IMG/VR virus record: IMGVR_UViG_3300005330_000016
Span: 13,983 to 77,982 of that record
Reading direction: 5' to 3' (one strand)
Length of the DNA stretch: 64,000 nt
Source: a virus
Taxonomy: Duplodnaviria; Caudoviricetes
This document shows positions 56,801 to 64,000 of this stretch, in pieces. Under the pieces are notes generated by a model. It had not been told where the DNA came from, ran no database searches, and was given only the letters and a program-made list of their open reading frames with translations. A program made the position numbers and the translations under genes. Numbering within the stretch: the stretch's first letter is position 1; the number at the start of each line of letters is the position of its first letter.

Positions 56801-59229
56801 TGGTCCTGACCGCGACACCGTTGAGCGGCTGCGGGCCGAGTGGGTCGCCGGCAAGATCAAGTCATGAACCACGATTGGAAAGCACTGTCCGATAGGGGCT
56901 GGTGGACGACGTACAGGTGCGCCCGCTGTGGTTGGGCCAGCATGGACAAGTCAGGCCCGATGCCGTGTACGGATGGGCCGAACCCCTGGTGCCCATCTAA
57001 GCTCTCGCCGCGTGAGTGCCCGCATACGACCACCCACGCACATCTCACGCTACCGTCTGTATGGGGCACGCCGTTAGGAATGGTTCAGGCGATGGATAAC
57101 CTGCGCGCCGGCAAGATCCAAAACTAGTTGTTGACAGACCAAGCCAGCGGGTGTACGGTAGCAAGTATGAACAACACCGCTATAGTGCTCGAAGGACTGA
57201 ACGACTACAGCGACCAACTCGAAGACGCGGTACTACCGGGTCTGATCGTTGCCATTGCTTCGCAAGAGCCGGCGTGGATGCGTACCGCAGCCCGCTTCTT
57301 CGATGACGGCATCGACTGGGCGTACGAAGACTGGAAGATGGACCGCGAGTGGGCCGAAGCCGAACGCGAGTTTGACGAGACGATGACACGGATGGACGAC
57401 GACGGCGCGCCCATCCACCGTGACCACTGGGCTTGGTCCTGGGGGCTAGAGTGATCAAGGTCTACGCCTGGACAAGCAGGCGAAGTGACTGCCCGCCAGC
57501 ACCTAATGGCGGGCAGCAGGTACGCTACGTGGTGGCCGCACGATCATGGAAAGCCGCTGTAGCCACCATACCCGGCGAATCGCTCAATCAAGCCATGCGC
57601 TTCGGCAGTACGACCGGGAACGACATAGAGCTAGACCTGGCCCTGGCAAATCCAGGCCAGGCATTCTGGAAGCCGTTAGACGGACACGTCTGGAGACGTG
57701 CGCTGTGAGTGGACTTACCTGGCAGACCGGGCATGGTGCCCAGCGAGAGGCTGGAGACGGGGTGTGCGTGATCCCTTCATGAAACACCCGGTGCCAGGTA
57801 AGAACCGATGAGTATCTCGGTTACGTTGCATCCATTCAAGCTACCTAACGATGGCGAAGACCGGTGCGCGTTCGTCTATAGAGACGCTCAGGTCAAGCTG
57901 CGCTGCAATGTATCGAGCAGCGGTCACAGCATGGACGAGCCGTGCTGCCTGCCCGAGAACTGTCCAAACATGCCCGAGTGGAACGGCAAGCGAGTCGTGG
58001 GCTGGGGTGGCAATCTCGACGCGCCGCACAACTGCTGCCTCTGCTGGGAAGATGCATGAAACACCCGGTGCCAGGTAAGAACTCATGATTACTAGCGTAG
58101 CTAGAGAGTATTACGACAGGGCCATAGCCCAGCGCAACGCCTTGCGCAGCGAGATTGAAGACCTGAAGCAGGCGAACGATGAACTCAGGGCATTGCTTGC
58201 AGAGCGCCACCAGTTTCCAGACTACCCCGGCCCAGCCGAAGGCCAAGTTAGTACAGCCGAAGACTGGGATAATCAGCACTCCTGGCGTGAGAAGTGGAAT
58301 GACCTAAACGCTCGTATCGGTGAGGCTCTAGAGCCATGAGCTTCGGCTATTGGTGTCGCCCCTGCAAGGCGTGGTGGTCGGCTGAGCTAGATTCCGATAC
58401 CGCAGACCACGTACGCCGAGTTCAGCTACGGTGGCCGTACGCAGTCTCGCCGGTGATACGCCCAGGCCAACCGATCTGCCCGCAATGCGGGCTGGAGTCA
58501 ACCCAGGATCTACCGACAGAAGGAATGCCATGAACGACCTAGACGGGTGGTACGTCCAGATTAGTCCCGATGGACACGTGACGAGCATGAAAGGCGTCTA
58601 CATATTTGATAGTGACGAGCCGCCTAACCCGGCAGCATTCACAACCACGTTAGCGATTCCAGCAACGGACGAAGCTCTCGCCGCTCGTCTTCGAGCGCTG
58701 GGTTGGGTGCAGGAAGCCATGCCATGAGCCACGATCACATACGCATCAACGGTTGCTATCGGTGCGTCTTGCCAGAAGGCGAACTGCAAGTAACCGATAT
58801 GGCAGCTACGCTTAGGAAGCTAGCCCTGGAGCTACAGACCGAGCGCGATATGCGGATCGACACCGACCACGCATGTGATGCCCTGCGCGCCGAGAACGAG
58901 CGGCTGCGGGCTGAGAACGCGTTGCTGCTTGAAGCTATAGATAGCTCGCTGCCTAGATGAGAAGATCAACCAAACCACCGCCATCCTGACGAATGCGGAA
59001 CCGAATGCAAGTGCCAGGCATGAGATACGCGAAGCACCACGACCGAACCAACACGTTGCACATCCTGCCGACCGCAGATATGGGTTCGGCCTACACAACC
59101 GCTTACTGCGGGCTGTCGCCACGGTACGCCTGGGCCACGATCTTCACTGGCTTGCCATCCGTCGGCTGGAACATCTGCCCGAAGTGCTCACGGCGGGCCT
59201 CACCCAACTTTCGCCTTTCTCCCCCCTGA
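53899..59229 (+). other. Array of small early ORFs (e.g. 53899-54285, 54299-54481, 54624-55088, 55088-55396, 55393-55608, 55872-56099, 56096-56335, 56469-56867, 56864-57127, 57167-57454, 57451-57708, 57808-58059, 58085-58339, 58336-58533, 58530-58727, 58724-58960, 59029-59229)
   Basis: Coupled ORFs; leaderless promoters with TTGACA at 53863, 55612, 55836, 57131. Confidence 0.65.
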
Positions 59230-60852
59230 CCCCCGGCGACGATTAGAGTTCACGGCCCAGCTAGCCGAAGAGTTCTTCTCACGAGTCAGCAAGCGTAGAT
59301 GGGTCAGCTTCGAACAATCCTTGTGGAAGCAGATACCAGCGATGTGGTCTACCGTGATCTTCGTCCCATCCGGGTTTCGTCCAATAGGCCCATACGCTAA
59401 CTCCCACCTCAGCCGATGAACCGACTGCCAGCCTCCATCCAGCCACACCCGACCATAGCCGTCCTTGTCATGACTACCAGCCCAACGCTCACACGATCCC
59501 TCAACGTACAGGTTGTTCGCTATCTCCGGAATCGTCCCACTTGGTGGCGGTAGCATCGGCTTCTCGTCATAGTGAACCGGCTCAGCATCACCCGTGCCCT
59601 TCCACCGTGGAACCTGCACGATCTCGTACCGAACTTCCTCTGTAACTTCCTCTGCAATCTCAAACCGCACTCCATCCGTGACAGAGGAACGTACTTTCTT
59701 GGGCTTCGGGAACTTGACAAGCTTACGTACTTTGCCGTGGCTCAGCCAAGCCGAGAAGTCGGGCATAGAGCCTGGGTCTAGCTTGTCTTCGTGGATCTTC
59801 AGCCGGTCGGCTGCGAGCTTCTGTAGCTTGCCTGTCTCGGGTGCGAAATAGATCCTAGTAGCAGAGTTCGAGAGGATCGCATCGTTCAGGTCAGACTCGG
59901 CTTGCGTCAAGGCGTCTACCGTGATGAACCGTCTGCGGCCAGCACGGAAGAAAGGATCGGCTAGTGCGATACGGTCATCCAACTGGCCCGCTTCCTCAAA
60001 GACCAGCCTGAACCCGCCAGGCACTACGTCGGCACACCGGCGAGCTTCCGCTAACCCGAGCGCCACGATGTCACCGACCAGGCCCGGATGCTTCCACGAG
60101 TCGTTGTCTAGCACCACCGTCTTGCCCTGGCGTAGCAACTCGGCTACGTCCGTACCGCCAGCCTCAATCGAGTGGCCGAACTGCAACGCCGTGGATAGGA
60201 ACCGCTCTACCCAACCTTCGCACGCCCGCTTCAGGGATGCGTTCTGTGCTACCGCGTCTTGTAGTAGCTCGCCTATCGTCTGCATGGAACGCGGCTGGCC
60301 GGTCATGTCCATTGCCAGGATCACCTGAGCCGTGGCCCGCCGAGCCGCCATCTTCCACGCGCCCGTACCGCCTGATGGAAACACCTCCGTCAGCATCTCT
60401 GCTACTTCAGTGGGTGAGCCAATCAGGAAGTCCACCGGTGGCGATACGCACGCCGTCCAGATAAAGTCCGCCTGCGCTCGCAGCGGGTCGGACAGGTCGG
60501 GTGTCACGATCAGCATGGGCCGTGAGCCGTCACAGCGAATCGTGGCTACCGCCGTGCTCTTGCCTGCACCCGTTGGCCCTAGCCAGAGACAGTGCGGCTT
60601 GCGGTCGCGGTTGATCTCTACGCCGTCTATCTTCATCAGGTCGCGGGGCGGCTTGATCGTCCACCACAGCCGAGACAATAGCGGGGTGTTCGTAGGTCTT
60701 TTCTGGTCGGTTTTCTGGCCGGTTTTCGGGTCGGCTTTCTTCCTGCCAAGCATGCCGACGATAAGCCCTGCTGCCACCATAGAGATGAGTAGCAGCGACT
60801 CGGGATCGGGATCTACGTTGAGTAGATCAGTCGCCCACGACGGTATCAACAC
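59200..60852 (-). CDS. VirD4/TrwB-like coupling ATPase with C-terminal HNH domain (start probably GTG 60852)
   Basis: N-terminal TM, GPTGAGKS, LVFEEAG, RAGRRRFITVDALTQ, LSNSATRIYF; C-terminus CERW..DKDGYG..SVHRLRWEL..VDH..C..C..HLRLLTREKN. Confidence 0.8.
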   Translation of the reverse strand: MLIPSWATDLLNVDPDPESLLLISMVAAGLIVGMLGRKKADPKTGQKTDQKRPTNTPLLSRLWWTIKPPRDLMKIDGVEINRDRKPHCLWLGPTGAGKSTAVATIRCDGSRPMLIVTPDLSDPLRAQADFIWTACVSPPVDFLIGSPTEVAEMLTEVFPSGGTGAWKMAARRATAQVILAMDMTGQPRSMQTIGELLQDAVAQNASLKRACEGWVERFLSTALQFGHSIEAGGTDVAELLRQGKTVVLDNDSWKHPGLVGDIVALGLAEARRCADVVPGGFRLVFEEAGQLDDRIALADPFFRAGRRRFITVDALTQAESDLNDAILSNSATRIYFAPETGKLQKLAADRLKIHEDKLDPGSMPDFSAWLSHGKVRKLVKFPKPKKVRSSVTDGVRFEIAEEVTEEVRYEIVQVPRWKGTGDAEPVHYDEKPMLPPPSGTIPEIANNLYVEGSCERWAGSHDKDGYGRVWLDGGWQSVHRLRWELAYGPIGRNPDGTKITVDHIAGICFHKDCSKLTHLRLLTREKNSSASWAVNSNRRRGSGGRKAKVG

Positions 60853-60973
60853 TGTACGCCAGCACGCCGACCAGCAGCACTGCCGCAACCACGGCAGCAG
60901 CCAGCCAGCCCAGGACGAGTACCGCCCCGACTAGCACACCTAGCTTGAGTATCAACCAAACCATGTAACGCAC
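60827..60973 (-). CDS. Small hydrophobic membrane protein (48 aa, not in track)
   Basis: Manual translation MRYMVWLILKLGVLVGAVLVLGWLAAAVVAAVLLVGVLAYSVDTVVGD. Confidence 0.5.
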   Translation of the reverse strand: MRYMVWLILKLGVLVGAVLVLGWLAAAVVAAVLLVGVLAYSVDTVVGD

Positions 60974-60988
60974 GATAGCACGCTTTCC

Positions 60989-62602
60989 TCATGCTGCCAA
61001 GCGCTCCCTTGGATCTGTATTGATCAATACGTACTGAGACGGGTCTGCTTGGACGTTTACCGGCACCCACATGCCGTTGACGTAGATCAACGCCTGCCCG
61101 CGACCGGCACCGCGTAGAAACTGTCGGGCCGGCTGACTCAGCTTGGTAGCTACCGCTAGCCCGCCCAGGTCGCGGTCTTCTTGTTGTAGGAAGATCCTGA
61201 TCGGTGCGTTGTCGTAGACCGCCTTGGCATCGCGCAGTAGCTCTTCAGCCTGCTGCGTAGCAATCCACAACGCCAGGTAGAACTTGCGACCACGCCGTGC
61301 CATCTCTTCGATGAACTCGGCTAGCTCTGGCCGGCGGATCAGTGACCATAGCTCATCAAGCACTAGCAGCCTGGGCCGTGGGTTGCGCCGAGCCATGTCC
61401 CAAAAGTTGGTAACGAACTCCTTCAGCCATCCCGCTCGTTCTGATTCGGTGTTGCCCTGGATCCTGTGGACGGTGACGCCTGGAATGCCGCCGTACTCTG
61501 AGTCCGACTGCTCCACTACGTGCGTCTCAACGCCCAGCAACCCGAGCATAAGTAGCTTGAGTAGAAAGCTCTTGCCACTGCCTACCGAACCGGTGACCAG
61601 CCCGCTAAAGCTACGCAGGCTCTCGTCAAACGGATCGAGCTTCACGAGCATGCCGTTCGACGTGCCGATGGGCGCGCCACCCTTGTGGTTCACCGTGGTC
61701 GGCTGGAAGATCCCGGTACTCGCCACGCTTGTGCAGTCCAGCGTACGCCACGCGCCAAGTAGATCCATCTTGCCGGTCAGCCCGGTCGCCTGTAGCCCCG
61801 AGTCTTGCTCGAACTGAGCCTCTCGCACGTCGGCCAGAGACAGCCCTAGCCTGTAGGCTACCGCCTTGGTGCGCTCAACGGCTTCAGCCCGCTCCTTGGC
61901 CCTTACAGTGAGCGCTACGGCTACCTTGGCCGGTCTGTCCGTCCCGGCGATCAGGTTGCGCCGCACGCTCTCGGCGTCACGAGCGCCCAGGTCATTCGCC
62001 GCGTCGGGCTTGTTCTCGTTAGCGTCGTTCTGCCAGGCCGCTTGCTTGCGCAGGTAACGGGCGAACCGCTGCGGCTCCTGCGGGCTGATGTGGACGCCGA
62101 TGTCTACCACTTCGTCAGCGCCAAGTGCCTGCCCGAGCCAGCCCGGTGCCGCCTCTCGCGGCCAACGCCGTACGACCAGCGTTGAGCACCACTCGCCACG
62201 CTCGTCCTGTGCGACCGTTCGCCGGAGCGTCTTGTAGCGCACCGCGTCCGGGGCTGTGAATGGATCCGAGCAGGTTAGCCCGATGCCCGCCAGTGACTCC
62301 CTCAGTAGCTCAACTTCACCCTGCGTGTAGCCCGGCGCGACCGCGTACCAACGTCGCTGAATCGTCGGCGGGTTCTTCCAATCGTAGATCGAATGCTCTA
62401 CCGCCCGCGCCTGACTAACGAGTTGAGTCTGGTGCCCCAGCCCCATGAGAACGCGGGCCAACGCCCGCATCTGATCGTGCCGCTGATCGAACGAAGACAT
62501 AGGATCGTTCGTCGTAGGGCTGAGTTCGAGCGCGAGAGGCACGTATCCCTCCATACGGGCCAGTAGACCAGCCGCCAGAAGCGCGCCGATACCACCACCC
62601 AC
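60989..62602 (-). CDS. virB4: VirB4/TraE/ConE-like conjugation ATPase
   Basis: GSVGSGKSFLLK, LLVLDELW, MARRGRKFYLALWIATQQ, IFLQQ, GRGQALI. Confidence 0.85.
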   Translation of the reverse strand: MGGGIGALLAAGLLARMEGYVPLALELSPTTNDPMSSFDQRHDQMRALARVLMGLGHQTQLVSQARAVEHSIYDWKNPPTIQRRWYAVAPGYTQGEVELLRESLAGIGLTCSDPFTAPDAVRYKTLRRTVAQDERGEWCSTLVVRRWPREAAPGWLGQALGADEVVDIGVHISPQEPQRFARYLRKQAAWQNDANENKPDAANDLGARDAESVRRNLIAGTDRPAKVAVALTVRAKERAEAVERTKAVAYRLGLSLADVREAQFEQDSGLQATGLTGKMDLLGAWRTLDCTSVASTGIFQPTTVNHKGGAPIGTSNGMLVKLDPFDESLRSFSGLVTGSVGSGKSFLLKLLMLGLLGVETHVVEQSDSEYGGIPGVTVHRIQGNTESERAGWLKEFVTNFWDMARRNPRPRLLVLDELWSLIRRPELAEFIEEMARRGRKFYLALWIATQQAEELLRDAKAVYDNAPIRIFLQQEDRDLGGLAVATKLSQPARQFLRGAGRGQALIYVNGMWVPVNVQADPSQYVLINTDPRERLAA

Positions 62603-62880
62603 TCATGAGCGCGCCGCTGGCCCAGCCGCGCCCGTAGCGTCGTGGCGATGCTGCCAATGAATCCCACATCACCGGCTGGCTCGCCCGTCAAGACTTCAAC
62701 GGCTAGCGGCACCATGACCACCGCGAACCACTGCCACGGTATGCCGTAACTGTCGCTGATCCAGTACGCGCCAAGCAGAGCGAACAAGACCAGCCCGATA
62801 TCACGAGCCGCATCCTGCCGCTCTAGCTCCGTGGGAATGATGACGAGCGCTGGCCGCTCGTCCTGACTAGTGGATGGCAC
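62398..62880 (-). CDS. PrgI/VirB3-like membrane protein (start GTG 62880)
   Basis: VIIPTELE then two TM segments, directly upstream of VirB4. Confidence 0.6.
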   Translation of the reverse strand: MPSTSQDERPALVIIPTELERQDAARDIGLVLFALLGAYWISDSYGIPWQWFAVVMVPLAVEVLTGEPAGDVGFIGSIATTLRARLGQRRAHEWVVVSARFWRLVYWPVWRDTCLSRSNSALRRTILCLRSISGTIRCGRWPAFSWGWGTRLNSLVRRGR

Positions 62881-63088
62881 CCTGAATCGCCGCCGCAATC
62901 CGTGGTGCGCCCAGGACAACCGCGCCGCCGATCAGAACCCAGCGCGCGCTACGGGTCGCGCCCTGATGATCGTCCGTGATCCACTTGTAGCCGACGAACG
63001 CAATGGCGATGACCATGAGAGCCAGCCAGAAGTTGCCCTTCATGGCGTCGTAGATGTTGGTCAGCAGACCAGTGATCGGGTCTAACAT
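62867..63088 (-). CDS. VirB2/TrbC-like pilin
   Basis: 73 aa, two TM helices: FWLALMVIAIAFVGYKW and WVLIGGAVVLGAPRI. Confidence 0.7.
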   Translation of the reverse strand: MLDPITGLLTNIYDAMKGNFWLALMVIAIAFVGYKWITDDHQGATRSARWVLIGGAVVLGAPRIAAAIQGAIH

Positions 63089-63185
63089 GTTGCGCTACCT
63101 CAGTAGGGGAACAGCGCGTGAACGATGATCGCCACGCTCATGCCGATGGCCGCACACTCCGCAATCAAGATAAAGTGGCCGATAC

Positions 63186-63749
63186 TCATGCCTCCCCCGG
63201 CGACGGCTGCACTTGCGATGCCGCCCTAGCCCGTCCCAAGAACGCCGCGTACGAGCCTGTGTGACCCGCGCCGCAGCTTGCCAGATACGTTGACCAGGCA
63301 CACCACCCCTGACGCCCCTTGATGTAATAGGCGGCTTGGACGTTGCGCCACGGATCAATCAACGCCGCATGCCCTCCGAACTGCGGCCACCATCCCGAGT
63401 TGATCTGCCACAACCCCAGGTCGCGGCTCTTGTCGAAGTTCTCACCGCTTAGTGCCGCCGGGTTGCCCGAGCCGTTCTCGGCAATGCTGATAGCCACCGC
63501 TAGGATGGCGTCGTCGCCGCCGAAGCCCGCCATACGCGCTAGCTGGTAGCGCTGAGCGTCACTCACCACACCCTGGATAGGAGCCAGGTTGCTTACGTCT
63601 ACAGCCGGTTGCCCCTGATCGACCACAACGGGTGGCGGTACCGCGTTAGCGCCTTTGAGCCAAAACGCAGCCCACGGCGAACTCAGATAGCCCATGATCG
63701 GTGACATGACCAGCAGGAACGCCGTGAGCGCGCCGACGATCCACCACAT
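63186..63749 (-). CDS. Lytic transglycosylase (SLT-like, VirB1 role) with N-terminal membrane anchor
   Basis: AVAISIAENG (catalytic Glu), DLGLWQIN, DPWRNVQAAYYI, WCAWSTY. Confidence 0.85.
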   Translation of the reverse strand: MWWIVGALTAFLLVMSPIMGYLSSPWAAFWLKGANAVPPPVVVDQGQPAVDVSNLAPIQGVVSDAQRYQLARMAGFGGDDAILAVAISIAENGSGNPAALSGENFDKSRDLGLWQINSGWWPQFGGHAALIDPWRNVQAAYYIKGRQGWCAWSTYLASCGAGHTGSYAAFLGRARAASQVQPSPGEA

Positions 63750-64000
63750 CAGATGCGCGCTACCACACGCCGTACAACGACCGCAGCAGCCTTTGCCGTG
63801 CGACTAGTACCGCTAGATTGACCAAACCGTGAAGACAGGATGCCAGGCATCTTCCGAGCGAGCAGCAATATCGACAGGCTCAGGATCGCGCCGGCGATTC
63901 CGCCCGAAACAACACCGAGCGCCATAGCCAGCCGTAGCGTGATGACTACCATGATCTGCGCGAACAGCGTGCCGGTCGCCATGCTTGTGTAGGCACTGGC
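63749..64000 (-). CDS. C-terminal part of VirB6/TrbL-like polytopic membrane protein (truncated by window)
   Basis: FAQIMVVITLRLA..ILSLSILLLARKMPGIL pattern; position upstream of the SLT gene. Confidence 0.55.
   Translation of the reverse strand, partial: ASAYTSMATGTLFAQIMVVITLRLAMALGVVSGGIAGAILSLSILLLARKMPGILSSRFGQSSGTSRTAKAAAVVVRRVVARI

Noticed and set aside
63186-63749. SLT gene as the phage endolysin or tail lysin
   Set aside because: It lies inside the VirB6-VirB2-VirB4 operon, far from tail and lysis positions; a VirB1 role fits better

Overview
This window is most of a large tailed-phage genome (Caudoviricetes; siphovirus-like, with a tape measure and tail tube but no sheath). It is GC-rich, and a monoderm soil host such as Chloroflexota or Actinomycetota is inferred. 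The minus-strand arm (~48.5 kb down to 1) carries Rad52/Sak, DnaB-N, AAA_25 helicase, HNH and two DNA methyltransferase genes, a tRNA-fMet, terS/terL, an HK97-type portal, protease and capsid, then head-tail and tail genes. The tail fibre runs off the left edge. The plus-strand arm (48.7-59.2 kb) holds many small early genes. The right end (59.2-64 kb, minus strand, running off the edge) is a compact conjugation/T4SS-like module: VirB6-like, lytic transglycosylase, VirB2 pilin, PrgI/VirB3-like, VirB4, and a VirD4-like coupling ATPase fused to an HNH nuclease. It abuts phage genes with no visible boundary. Other notable features: (1) a 241-nt group I intron splitting the major capsid gene; (2) a translationally coupled GT2-SDR-GNAT-DegT amino-sugar cluster plus a GT4 inside the head module; (3) two secreted glycanase-like proteins flanking the terminase genes; (4) about 20 TTGACA-N17/18-TAnnnT promoters, mostly giving leaderless mRNAs, with a helically phased upstream GCCGGC, several driving antisense cassettes inside the late operon; (5) a promoter-driven tRNA-like RNA with no anticodon loop, and other candidate structured RNAs; (6) a repeated GTTCCGGAAC palindrome; (7) two likely non-canonical start codons. 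No integrase, CI repressor, relaxase, DNA polymerase or lysis cassette was recognised inside the window. All product calls come from motif recognition by eye, not database searches.
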